Assembly (NCBI GenBank): GCA_002633005.1
Contig: NMRA01000128.1
Span: forward strand, 26,051 to 90,050
Reading direction: 5' to 3'
From: Phoronis australis
Taxonomy: Eukaryota; Animalia; Phoronida
Length of the DNA: 64,000 bases
Numbering within the stretch: the first letter of the stretch is position 1; each line of letters begins with the position of its first letter. The notes beneath the pieces were generated by a model. It was not told the origin of the DNA, made no database searches, and saw only the letters and a list, made by a program, of their open reading frames with translations. This document shows, piece by piece, positions 26,267-38,842 of the stretch. The position numbers and the translations under genes were made by a program.

Positions 26267-26831
26267 CTGAGCAGACGTCAAGGAATTTAAAACACGTGAT
26301 GATATTCTATAGAAAATAACTGTTACCAATATTCAATAGATTGTCAATGAGAGTTAACTTACACTTGATAACTGTGTTCATTTACTAATTACAGAATTTA
26401 TAATACTCTCCTTTGACAAATTCATGAAAATCTAGTCACTTAAAATCTGTAACCTGACAAACTTCTGTCGGTAGCTTACAAAAATGATAGTGTTCAAACT
26501 TCATGTACCATCACTTTCACATATAATGTAACGGGTATTAGAAAATTGTCACCTTTATGCTCTCATATAATTCTTCCCTCTTGACAACTTGTCTTTGATA
26601 GTGTTCCTAGCACACTCACGGGCACCAACTGCTACTGAATACTGATTGGAGCGTCACTATACCCAGGTTCAAAACTTGCCACGAAAAATGGATTGAATTT
26701 GAATACTGTTGCTTAAGCAGTTATCTCATCTACTGATTTCAATTTTAAAAACATTTTAGGTACAAATAAAACATCCTTTATGGGATCCAGGTGGAAAACA
26801 TGAGAGGAATGTAACCATGGTAACAGGATAC
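26267..26831 (-). other. U12-type (minor spliceosome) GT-AG intron
   Basis: 5' site GTATCCTG; branch TTCCTTGAC at 26285-26277, 9 nt upstream of the terminal AG; no polypyrimidine tract. Confidence 0.88.
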
Positions 26832-26916
26832 TTGACAAACTCGACTGGTTGTTCTTTCAGTTTTGACATGGCTTGAGTTTCCACAAATGAGGACATTTCA
26901 TAACTTCTGTCCCTCT
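26832..26916 (-). CDS. PLCB: PLC-beta exon, Y box (RDRSYEMSSFVETQAMSKLKEQPVEFV)
   Basis: MSSFVE motif; tttcag acceptor; 85 nt. Confidence 0.96.
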
Positions 26917-27815
26917 CTGAAACAAATTGTAATTCAATTAATAATTTGAAATATAATTTCATTGTATAAAATATAAATAGATGAATAAAGAAATAAATGA
27001 AATGAAACATGTTGTGGAGGTCAATCTATCTACTCAAGCAGTCAATGAACTTCATTCAGTTCATAGCGCAATAAGAAATGATAACTATCTTAAAAACCTC
27101 TGAAAAAACTTCCAGTGTCATATGATGCATTTAAGATTATAGAAAATTCATATAGAGTTCATGGGTATGTCACCTTAGACACAGCTTTGATATGATGTTA
27201 GAAAGAAAACCAAAGAAATAAAATCATCAGTTTCATTTCTTAGTTATTTTATTGTAATTTCCATTGACTAAAATACCACCAGATTTGCCTTGTTTTCCAA
27301 TATAATGCGTGCTTTAATCTGTTCTAAAATGTTCATGAACACCACAAATTTGAAATGTACCTCCAAAAACTTTAGAAGGTTGGTCTGCTGGATGTCAGTT
27401 TTTTTAAGTGAAGGACAAACACTTAACTTTTATCATTAATACTAAAATAAAGGTGGCTTCAACGAAACTACTATGAGTAACATACCAATGCAAATGGATT
27501 TTCAAATATAATCATCTGCTGCGTGAAGATATGTGTCAGTAATCAAAAAGGGCAGACAATACTCATTGTAAAAGAACGCAGAGTAATCAGACCTCTCACT
27601 ACTAATCACCGTGCAATGACAATTTGACATACAGTAAAATCTCACCAATTTAGTACACAATATGGCCAACAGGTGGAATTTTATTTTCTCACTTTTTCGT
27701 AAATGATATTCCGTACCAGAACGATGCTTTGTCACATCTTAGTGCTGTACAATCAGAAAATGTTTTGAAAAATTGTGAGCATTCACAATAATATTAGAAG
27801 CCCTTAACATGATAA

Positions 27816-28378
27816 CAAGAGCACACAGGAGCATTAACATGCACTCACAGTACATCGCAAATGATATGTTTCTAGGAATCACTAGGAGGTGCTGCAGTGG
27901 TCCAATCTGACCAAAAAGCAGTGGTGCCAGCGCATTGTCATCACGTACCTCTGAGCCTAGTTTTACTAAAATTCGTCACTCAGTTCTTTAAATACACCTA
28001 GAAATGCTTTTCCCTTAAATTTGTCAAGAACAAAATGGCCACTAGGAGGTGTTGCAGTAGTCAAATCTGGCTGAAAATTTAATGGTGCCGGCATATTATT
28101 TCACATACCCGTTTCACGTGTCATTGAAATCAGTCAATCCATTCTCTAAATATCATCTGGAAATGCCCTTCCCCAAAAAATACTGGAAAAGCCACGGCCC
28201 TAGACCCCAGGGGGCGGGGATGGAAAAGTGATACGAACCATTCTAGTGATGCCTACACCCTTGTACCAAATTTCATCAAAATTCGACCAGGGGCTTTTAG
28301 GATATTGAGTGGACTCCTGGATAACATAACAAAGTGACAACATTATACGACTGCACATATATATATGTGGGTGCATAA
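27816..28378 (+). mobile_element. Short HINE-family copy with both ends
   Basis: ACAAGAGCAC start, ccactaggaggtg motifs, 3' hairpin tgcacatatatatatgtgggtgcat followed by As. Confidence 0.65.
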
Positions 28379-28530
28379 AAATGCTACACTGTAAATTATT
28401 TTTGTCTGAAATTAGTGAAATTTTTGTGAACTGAAACAGGTTGTTAAATGTTCTTAAGTCCAGTCATGTCAAACTGATTGACACCACATGTAATCTGATT
28501 CAATAACTACAACAAGCAGACGTGACTTAC

Positions 28531-28627
28531 TTTCAGCTATCTCGAAAGAGTGGAAATGTACTGGGGTGACATAATTGACCAGTTCCGACATGACGCTAGC
28601 AGCAGCAGCCTCAGATCCTGCAGTACC
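28531..28627 (-). CDS. PLCB: PLC-beta exon, start of Y box (GTAGSEAAAASVMSELVNYVTPVHFHSFEIAE)
   Basis: GTA..E and MS.LVNY motifs; ttttaacag/gtaagt; 97 nt. Confidence 0.96.
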
Positions 28628-29142
28628 CTGTTAAAACAAATTAACGTTCACCTTTACGGCTGTACAGATGTACTCGCAGTTGTTAGTCAACAAAGACATG
28701 GATTTTCCAAACACAGATCCAGTCTACTTTAGTATTGATGTAATGTTACATAGAGCTCCCTGTCTGTCCGCTCTCAGATACCTCTCACCATGATCCTGGA
28801 TATGTACCGTTTTTACGATTGGAGATAACGCTCTTTCTTTTCAAGGATACAAGTGGCTAGTGATTTAGATATACAATTACTTAACGGCCATATCCTGAAT
28901 TCAACTCTTCTCTTCTGCAGAGGTAAAAAAATGCAGTGTAGGATAGACTTAGTTGTCGAAAGGGTAGGGTGTAACACATTTGTGAGCTGTGTCCAAAAAG
29001 AATAGATTGCTTTACAGTGGCTTAATTAGTAGTGCTACTCACTATACTACGCAAAAATATAATTCTATTGGCATTAGAATGACAAATTAATTAGTGACAA
29101 GCACGCATACAATTCATTGGAAATTCTAGCATCATTTCTCAC

Positions 29143-29472
29143 CTTTTCTTTTTTCATTTTTTGCCGCAACTTAACCTGCTCTTCAGTCAATTCCCCAACT
29201 TCATCCTCGCTATCTGACTCTGAGTCGACCAAATCGTCCTCCTCTTCGATCATGGAGTCCGACTTCTCCACAGGTGTGCTCAGTGACTCACTTAATATCC
29301 TCTCTTCACTAGCGTCTGTTTTTTTAACCTGTGTCGGTGTGGCAGACGATGATTTCTCCAGTTCAGATTTACGGTGATTTTTTTGACTGGCAAGGTTGTG
29401 AACTTTCTTGTTTTTTATTAGGATTTTCCTCTTCAGCATTTCTGGGCTGGGAAGAGGCACTCCTTTCTCAAG
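29143..29472 (-). CDS. PLCB: PLC-beta exon, end of X box plus acidic X-Y linker
   Basis: LPSPEMLKRKILIKNKK followed by the acidic run EEEDDLVDSESDSEDE; 330 nt, phase 0-0. Confidence 0.95.
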
Positions 29473-29863
29473 CTTTGGAAGAATAACATGTGAAATCATT
29501 AATTTCCTATACAATGATGCAATTGTCTTGACCATTTTATGATTTCTAAAAATGTGAACATATTTTTTGAGAAATCACAAAATGCTCAGTGTGCCTGTGG
29601 CAACAGATTATTAATTTGAAGCTGCGTTTCGTCCTGTTAACTAGCTAAACGTGAAAATCAAATCATGCCTTTTACTCACATAAAATCAGTCTGAAGATAC
29701 CGCGACAGGATTTCATTTTTGTAACCAGCAAAAACAGCGAAACCATCAGCAATTTAAGAAATGCTTCAGAACTTATTGTCAATAATGGATATAGAATCCA
29801 TTCATGGTTTGGACTATTGAGACTGATTTTTAGCCAGCCAATCAGGGCACAGTGCATCATTAA

Positions 29864-30738
29864 AGGCAAAGGCAACCTTTTTCATGTCATTTTTAGCAAA
29901 AATAAAGTTTGTTAATTATTCCAGGCACATTTTTCATTTAATTACAGCTTTTTGTAATTTAAACAATTACTCGTCCTCTACTCCGGAAGTGACGTTTTGG
30001 GAGGCAAGAATTTCTCGCCAATTTCTTTCCATATAGTCCAACTGTGAGAGCTGCAGAGTCAGTCATTGTTCTACTTTGGTTGTGATAAGTTCGGTCGTAG
30101 TTTGCTTTTGTTTACAAGTCAGTCAATACGCCACACTGTTGCTGCGTACTGGGATGTACTCATTATCGTCTCACGGACAAAGGAACTACTGTCCCACTTG
30201 CCCAAGTAACCACGACACACTCCCTCTGGATGGTGACCTGAGCCCACAAACTGCTTACATCCTGCCGTGTGACTCCCTTGCCACACACCTGGCACTTTCT
30301 AAATAGCTCCAATACTTGAGACAAGTCCACAATAAACTTATTAAAGTTTGGCTCACTGATCTGTTCATTGGACGACGAAATGTCCTCTTCACTTGGTGTC
30401 AAGCTGGGCCTGTATTCACTCCCACAACTCAACATTGCAGCAGGGCTACGTATAGGCTCTGGGCGATAACGAGTACATCCGCGCTACGCAGCAACAGTGT
30501 GGCATGTTGAAGTTATCACAACCGAGGTAGAGCAATGACCGACTCAACAGCTCTCACAGTGAGACTATGTGAAAAGAAATTGGCGCAAAATTTTTGCCTC
30601 CCAAAACGTCACTGCCGGAGTAGAGTACAAATAATTAATTAAATTAAGAAAAGCTGTAATTAAGTGAAACATATGTCTGGGATAATTAACGAACCTTATT
30701 TTTGCTAAAAATGACATGAAAAAAGGTTGCCTTCACCT
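29864..30738. mobile_element. Kolobok-like non-autonomous DNA transposon with a transposase relic
   Basis: TTAA on both sides, AG...CT termini, ~230-bp TIRs; internal minus-strand ORF KFIVDLSQVLELFRKCQVCG...W.S. Confidence 0.8.
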
Positions 30739-31427
30739 TTAAGTGACTTGTTGATAATGTCGCTCATAACCTTAAAACTGCATTTTGCTAATTAGTTGGC
30801 TAAAAATTAAATGAGTTCGTTTACTCTCATAAAATCAATCTTGTAGTATTCTACACCACGATAGGTTTCTAGTTCTGTTACCAACTCAAGTAAAGAGACA
30901 ATTCATGCATCGGTCATTTTCGCAACATTGAAAAGCATCTTACGAAAGCAAAAGGTCAAACAAGGAATGCAGCTTTAATGGAACCTATTCTTATCAAAAA
31001 GTATCAAATGCCAATTTTTGCCAAAGCAAAACTGTTACAATGTTTGAATTTCGTCATCCTCCAACAAGTTTTTTTTCAAAAATGATTTGTCCTGAGGCAG
31101 CATTTCAGTCTATAACTTGAGAATGGTGAACAATGTTTTATTCAAACATGATGAACATCAATGAATAATACCTTTGGAAGACTATTAATATTAAGATAAA
31201 TATTATAAAAATGACATTTATTCCTTATTCTGCAGAGTGTCTATAACTAACTACATTACACACTGTGGTTCAACTGCCTTCCTAAGTGAACAGGTGACGT
31301 TTTACCTGTACTCACCTGAAGATGTATAATGGCAAATAAAGGGAAACATATTTTACAACGAGTTTCTTTGTACATGGGATTTTATTTTTAAATTCTTAAC
31401 CAACTGCATGAAAATGAAATTACAAAC

Positions 31428-31512
31428 CAGATGAGTCTGAAGAGGTTCTGTAAGCAACTTATCACCAAAGATGTCTTTGCAGTACTGAGCCATCTTGGCC
31501 TGCTGTTTGGGA
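31428..31512 (-). CDS. PLCB: PLC-beta exon, X box ([28 protein letters not shown])
   Basis: QQ.KMA.YC..IFGD motif; 85 nt. Confidence 0.96.
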
Positions 31513-32133
31513 CTGTAGAATATAAATAATGTACATTTTTACGAATGAAAAGATCATTTTGCTAAAAATGTTTTAAGGAAAAAAAGCATCCAACAAACAT
31601 AAAACAAGAGAGTTTAGAACTTACTTTTCACATACGTTATGTGTTTATGTTTAATTCCGCTCAGGGTGTGAGCTCGTCTCTTCACACGAGGTGCTTTTAC
31701 TAAGAACGCCACACTACGAGTACACAGTGTCTCATATAATGTTTTTTACATTTCAGCTTCCCGTTTGATTTCGAGCAATGATAAGCACGGAGTGGAATGT
31801 GCCTGAGCATTCGCTTGTATCAACTTCTGAATTTTTATCATTTAATTAACAAACCAGGCACTAGCATTTTAATTGTCCTATCCTTATGAAGTGAGTTCAA
31901 TGCCTGAGCGAAATGTGATTTTATTTACCCTGACATGCTAACGTTTTATGGTTTTGTATTTGAACCAAAAGGATGTTTTCAATGACTGGACATTCTGCTG
32001 CCAAATGACAACTACTTATAGCACATTTTTTGATCTGTAAGAATAAGACATAAGGCACTCGTGTTCGCTTACGAATGTCAGCAGCGCTATCTGATGAGCC
32101 TGGCTGAAAGGAAAGTAATGACCTCTGACCCAC

Positions 32134-32213
32134 CTGCAATGATTCTCAAAGGACAGTATGACAGGATAATCAGATCTCTTGAAAGCACTCTCAGCTATAG
32201 CTTCTATCACTTC
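32134..32213 (-). CDS. PLCB: PLC-beta exon, X box ([26 protein letters not shown])
   Basis: Conserved motif; tttacag/gtgggt; 80 nt. Confidence 0.97.
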
Positions 32214-32964
32214 CTGTAAAACACAGCACCGTTATTAATATCAACTATGTTAAGAGTAAAATTTCCAAAAATTAAACAAAATTAAATTTAATCACCCACT
32301 CAGATTTTTACATGCCATATTTACATTCTATTTAATCATCTTGTATTTATTTATTCACCAGACTCAAAACATTAGCGTAACAAACAACCGAATCGTTTGC
32401 AACAAAATTCAAAATACATATAAAGAGATTTATCCAAAGGGAAAGCATGTTTCGAGCTGAACTGGACCACGACCACAACTCTCTAACTTGCCACTTTCTA
32501 ACCAGACTATTACTGAACAAAAGTATGGAGTTTGTGACATGACATTCAGGCCCAAAATAAAAATGATCCAAGAACCAATCACTTAAATTTTGAGGCTTGG
32601 CAGGTGTGGGATCTTTGAATGTTTTTTTATGTGTTGTCTAAAATACAATTCATTAACCACATTACTCGACCACACCTTTACACGCCATGACAGAAAATAA
32701 TTTTCATTTCCCCAAACAGGACATCCAAGGCACTGAAAAGTGAAAACCAAAGTCCAAATGTCTTTGACTTTTGGCATGGCTGGCTAACCATTCCCAAATG
32801 ACAGGTGACATCTCAATTCTTTTGAATTGCAGAAACCAATTGCTATCACGAAAGGGATAATTTTGAGACCAGTAAGAGTTAATGAGCTTATATAATGATT
32901 TTTGCTTCAATCTAAGTAAGATTAAAAGTACCCTTTAAGTTTACACTGAATTTAATTTGCTCAC

Positions 32965-33119
32965 TTTAAACGGAATCTCGGTGCACATAGTGAATCCATG
33001 CGTAATCATAGGTTCCTCATCTCCCTTGCCATCCCAACAATCCAGCTCAATACACCTACAGCCACTCAGCAGTACTTGACGGTACACTTCTACTGATGAT
33101 CGACCGGTTATCTGATGAC
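32965..33119 (-). CDS. PLCB: PLC-beta exon A7, X box ([30 protein letters not shown]...[14 protein letters not shown])
   Basis: Catalytic ELDCWDG and THG motifs; 155 nt. Confidence 0.97.
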
Positions 33120-33489
33120 CTGAAACAAACAGTTGAGGGCAAAAGGTTTGACAGTGTAATTCTATTGTGCATCATCTACCATAAGGAAAGGGGCATCTTG
33201 AATTTTTTAGTTTAGTAACTCTGGACACCACATCCACAGCTAGACTGGAATTTTCCTGGGGTAAAGCAGATAAGACGGGGGTATTTGGACCCCAAGGGAT
33301 AACAAGAGCCCCAAAACTGAACTTGTATATAAGAGAAAATATGACAATTTTGATTACTGCTATGGATAAAATATATTTCAAATGAACAAAAACACAATTT
33401 ATTCTCAAATACAAAAAATGAAAAAAAAACTAAGTTAGGATAGATCTGGGGTAACTAAATGAGCTGACTTCAAATTAAAGCTAAAATAA

Positions 33490-34830
33490 AACTGCTTGTA
33501 ACAAATTGCCACTATTAGGAACCACAGTGTTAGTCGAATCCCTCTATCTGTTGTCAAGTTAACAGGAATACAATTGAAAAGTTTCAAAAACATCTTGCAA
33601 TGGGTTTAGGAGATACAGTCGTAGATTCAAAAAAATGTCGCTAAGGGGCACCGTAGTACTTGGACCTGTCTGAAAATCCACATCAGTCATGCTCTTGTCA
33701 GTAGGAACACATCTGACAATTTTCATAATGATCCTAGCTGTGTTGTCGGCAGATACAGAAGCAGATTAAAAAATAATTAAAATCGCCACTAGTTGGTCAA
33801 ATCCACCACAAAATGGTGCTGTTATTTTTATAACAGAAATTTGTTTGCCAAATTTCATGAAAAAGCACCAAGAAACTTTAAAATTACAGAGGGAAATATA
33901 AAAAAATAAAATTGCCATCAGGAAGAGCTGTAGTTGGACTGGTATGAAACTCATCATCTGCTAAATTTCACAAAGGAGATAAGCTGTAGACACAAAAACA
34001 ATTACTTAAGGGGGCGCCATAGAATTTGAACATGTCTGAAAATCAACATCACCCTACGTCTTCTCATCAGGAACACATCTCCCGATTTTGATATATCAGT
34101 ATCAATATCATTTATTGTAAATGCTAGGGATTTCCTACATACATAAATACATAAATTAAAAATATGTACATTTGGAATATTTACCCGTCAGAGACTTTCA
34201 AGCGATTTGGTGGATGAAGAGATTGACATCAAAAACTTTAATACTCAAAAAATTTTAAAATGGCTACCAGGTGGTGCAGAATACGTCATATCCATCCGAA
34301 AATGCAAAGGCAGCGGCGTCGCCTCCTTAACAGAAACCTATTACCAAAAATTCATGATAATAAAAATGGCCACTGTACTTCGAATCTATCCGAAAACAGG
34401 AACCTGTCATCATCTCTAATGGAAACCTATTTATTAAATTTCATAAAAATCCATCAAGGTGCTTCAAATATACAGAAAACAATGGAAAAAATTGCCACTA
34501 TGGTGACACAGCGGCAACTGGATCCGTTCAAATGTCGTCGTTTGTTGCTAACTTATTATATTACACATGCTAAATTTAACAGTAAGATCCTGCAGAGGAT
34601 TTAAGAGATACAGCCATAGATGCAAAAAGCATCACTACGAGGCACCACAATAGTCACAGTTGTCCAAAAATCATCACCATCCGTCCTCTTCAGACTAGAA
34701 ACATACACGCTAATTTTCATAATCATACTTGTAGTGATTCGGCTGACAAAGGCGTGAATTCCAAAAACTGACTACAAAACAGTGAAAATGGCCACTAGAT
34801 GGCGGAAAAACATCGAATCCATCCGGGAAT
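33490..34830 (+). mobile_element. Old HINE core-repeat array (duplicate at ~49060-50340)
   Basis: Periodic decayed gccactag motifs, e.g. tggccactagatggcgg at ~34789. Confidence 0.6.
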
Positions 34831-34839
34831 ATGTCATCG

Positions 34840-35090
34840 CTGCTCATCAGAAGAGGATTTCAGTATATTAAGCTTAAACCCAGATAATTGGAAACACAAG
34901 GTACACGAAGATATCGAGATTCAAGTCCACAGACCAAGTTTGAACAGGGATCCTGGACATGACCTCCTTGTGGGATTCCCTCTCCCTGACATTAGGGAAT
35001 CCCCATTATTGTTTCTACTGGTTTTATGCTACAACGAAAGAGTTCACACCCAGTGGTAAATCAAGTCCGTGTGACATGAACGAAATGGCT
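34840..35090 (+). mobile_element. Penelope-like GIY-YIG C-terminal relic (duplicate at ~50350-50610)
   Basis: NWKHKVHE(D/A)IEIQVHRPSLNRDPG matches the PLE 'R...EAI.I....P.LNRD.G' tail. Confidence 0.6.
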
Positions 35091-35623
35091 GGGCACCTAC
35101 ATCAAGGTAAAAATGAAAACAAGACAGTTTAGAAAACTGACATCATCTTTGAGATTTCAATCTGAGCACTGATATCAAACTAAATTTGGACACGTTATGA
35201 ATACCGTTGTTTTGCTGCAATTGTACCTTCCTTTTTGTTAAAATTTTCCGAAAAGAAATGGTTATGTATCACAAATGGCAGATTGGTATTAAGAGAGAAA
35301 ATACATTTAAGTTTTCTTCTTTTAGAAAATATTATTATGCTTTTATATAGTTACTTCCTATAGTTTCTACAAATTCATTTAAAAGAATGATAAGGTCCTG
35401 CATAACTACATTGAATCAAAATCTGATAACAGTCAGATATAATGACAAGCCTGCATTTTGAGAACCAGTTTTCTCTACTGAATAATGGGCATCACACTCA
35501 TTCTAAAAATGTCCGACTATGGCTCAAATTCTTACCCAAGCACCCACACCATATAGGGTAATTTTTAGAACGAGTATGACAAGTAGTATAAAAGAATTAC
35601 CTGTGAGGTAGGTAGCTAATTAC

Positions 35624-35770
35624 CTGTGAGGTAGGTATTGTGAGAAGAATTGATAAAGTAATGTGACATGGGTTGACTCATATCCTCGTTAAGGTCGTAC
35701 TTGTCAGCAGGGATGGGCAGGTTGTCATCACTTAGAAGGTACAGCAAGAAGCCCTGCTGAGATAGCAAGC
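35624..35770 (-). CDS. PLCB: PLC-beta exon A6, EF4 to X-box start ([16 protein letters not shown]...[12 protein letters not shown])
   Basis: Catalytic SSHNTYL motif; 147 nt. Confidence 0.97.
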
Positions 35771-38678
35771 CTGAAATGAACAACGGCGATGGTAAGAACA
35801 TTGAACACAGGACGATGTAAAGAACTGTTACACACGGTAAGATCTTAACAATTTGTGACACAATAGGTCAGATAAGTGAGCTTTTCTTTCGTAATTTACA
35901 TGAAACTTGTACCAAATTAATGCTTTCATTTCATTATTTTCAAGTTTTGAATATGGCTACCATGACTTACATAGAGAAAACTTATGGGCATTGTGTTAGA
36001 TGCTCTTGAAAATGAAAAAGTTTAAATGGATGGAATAATTTTCAACCCAAACTGGTGAGACTTTACTATATGTACCCCTCACCAAGTCACTTCCCTTGTG
36101 TTACCATGTAATACAAGAATATTCTGAATGCAAACATGTGTTGCATGGATTGAGGCACTCAAGAGCACTTATTTATATGATGTAGTGAATATAAATTCAC
36201 CATTTTCCCTAGACTAACTGATGGCTCATGATGATATGCTTCATTGACAGGCACAGAAAAAGTGGATTAAATTTAACACGAGAAATGATGTACTTAGAAG
36301 TCTGATGACTTTCATTGTGAAAAACAACTGTCACTAGAAAGGACATAACATATATTGAGAAACTACATACATGGCACTAGAAACTTGGAAATTAAAGATA
36401 CGAGTTATGGACAAGAGAGTTCGATCACCACATACTGGGAAATTACAGACCTGATATGCGGCCAAGAGAGGGCACTACAGGGACATGATTTATGATTAAC
36501 AGAGTTCATCACACTGGGAAATTACAGAAGTGACATACGGCCACTATCTGGAAATTACAGATGTGATAGTAAAGGACTGAGACAATTGACATCCACTTTC
36601 TTCTGAAGGTTCTGCACATCTTCTGTCATTTACAAGTCAATGAAAAATGCAAACTCTCAGAGGTATTTTGCAATTATTGCAAATAATAGTTTGTCCTGAA
36701 GTCCTCTCTTACACCAAAGTAAAACAGCGTAGACTATGAAATTGATGATCGCTCTACTGATAGTACACAATTCATTTTAAAGTGGCACACATGCTATCTC
36801 AGTACTAAGTTCTTTTGTGCCAGTTATGTAGTGTCACCCATAATATTACACTCAGTTCCTTGTTTCCATATTTAATTAAATCCTATTATAGTGGTTTGCC
36901 ATCATATCAACTCGCTGACCTTCAGCAGATCAATGACATTAGGCAGACCAATTCATAAACACTCAATCCTGCAGGTGCATATTACATTGAAAACACTCAC
37001 CCAATCTAAATGCAATGCTTGTTACCTGACGATAAACAGTTTGCCAGAAGTAATGAAAATGCCTGGGCACCTAACCTGAATATACCTCAGCTGCATAAAG
37101 CAACAGTTCTATAATTTTCAAATAAACTCCCGAATACATATTCGAGCAAAGACCGGGGGGACTTTATTTACTTGTATCTTATCCGGAACACTGTTTCGCT
37201 AAGGTCTTTTTGAGTGACAGGTAACTCATATAAGTATGTCACACACGCTGGCCCAGAAACAAAATAGGGTTACATACTGCAGCCATGTTATCTGTGTTTG
37301 GTTTGCGAACAGTTTAACATTAAGATGTTGAGCACCAATGGATATTGCAAGTAATCAGTCAAGGCATGTTACATGCCATATTATTTCCTATCACAGAGTT
37401 TGATAACTCAATTGTGTTCAGTCAGTAACATCCTGTTTATGTTCTTGAAGACATATCATGTGAATTTCATGTCAGCAATTCAATCACACATCTGCGCGGC
37501 TGTTCAAATTGCCTAAAACCGCAAATCGAAATGATGACACCCATAAATTCTAAGATTTCAGACACAGTCCATTTTGCAGCCTTTCTCACATTTCTTGATT
37601 TTCGGATGGTCGATATTGCCTATTTCTAAAATTTAGGACAGGTTCAAAATATTTATTTTTTCACTGTCCGAGAATTTTTACCGTATTGTAAGACATGTAA
37701 TTACAACAGGCAAAATTAAGCCCAAGTATTGCCATTTTGGAAAAGTCTAGTGGTCTGATGAGTCAGAGATTGCCGAGGACAACATTTAAATACACTTTAG
37801 TTATTTCGTCCCGAGTTTAGACAATCAACTGACAAACGACAGTCGTTTACGTCCCTCCTGACGCTTGCTGATTCGAGCCGGAGCGCATTGCTCGTTTTTG
37901 TCCACAGCTTGGCACTTAATCATTTTTGACGGTAGCAAAAACAAAAACGCTCCATGCCTTCGCAGAATACTGACAGGTTATGCCGGCCATGTGACTGAGC
38001 CCTAGGGCACAGCCAAACATGTCCGCACAGTACAATAGTTCACTACAGTGCACAGTAATAACGAAACAGAGCAGCAAAATGCATGGCTGTACGTCAAAAT
38101 TGTATTCTGTAACATTAAAATGGTAAACACATTATTTACACAAATAAATTTAATTTTGTTATAAATCAAGAAAAAAAGCATTCACAACATAACGATGCGC
38201 AAGGGAATTCCCAGTAAAACGTTGTTGAAGTTTGCTTTTCACACACATATTTCATTTAATTCTGGGTCAAAATTTTCCATTCAAAAAAGGATAAATCTTT
38301 ATTTTTTATGAAAAATTTGATTTCGGTGGTATACAAATTGAAATTTGTATGAAACCAAGGTACGCAATGGCAGCCAACGCGATAATTAGATAAGGATCTT
38401 TGCCTTAGGCCAAACGTGTATTTTGGTCAGGGACTTCCTAATTTATGCGCATAAGACCATCGACTTGAAACACTGGAAGCTGTGCGGACGCTTTTCACAG
38501 GCCCAGCCCCAAATGCAGCATGCAATTGAAATTTAATCCATGAACATATTTGTCTGAAATCTCACAAGAAGAACTGCGTGTCTTGTTATGCAACATTTGA
38601 CTAATAGCACAAATTCATATTCAAATTCAGATGGATCGTCACAAATCATACCTCAGAACCACTCATATTTCTGCTTAC

Positions 38679-38842
38679 CTTTCCCAGCCACGGAGTTCTT
38701 CTCAAATATGTTGATAATTTCTTGAGCCTTTTCCTCACTCACATAAGGATACAAAATCTCGTTTAATCGAGGGTCCCGCTGAGTTTTATTGAGGAAGTCT
38801 TGAAATTGTTTCACAGTCAGGTATGGTTTATTCTTTGCACCT
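38679..38842 (-). CDS. PLCB: PLC-beta exon A5, EF hands (GAKNKPYLTVKQFQDFLNKTQRDPRLNEILYP...)
   Basis: QRDPRLNEILYP motif; 164 nt. Confidence 0.97.

Noticed and set aside
31783-31832. Possible C/D-box snoRNA (aatgataa...ctga)
   Set aside because: Imperfect C box, too short, no terminal stem or identifiable guide.
32088-32115. CTGATGAG...GAAA hammerhead-like string (similar at ~37755)
   Set aside because: No convincing stems I and III or NUH cleavage site; at 37755 the GAAA is missing.
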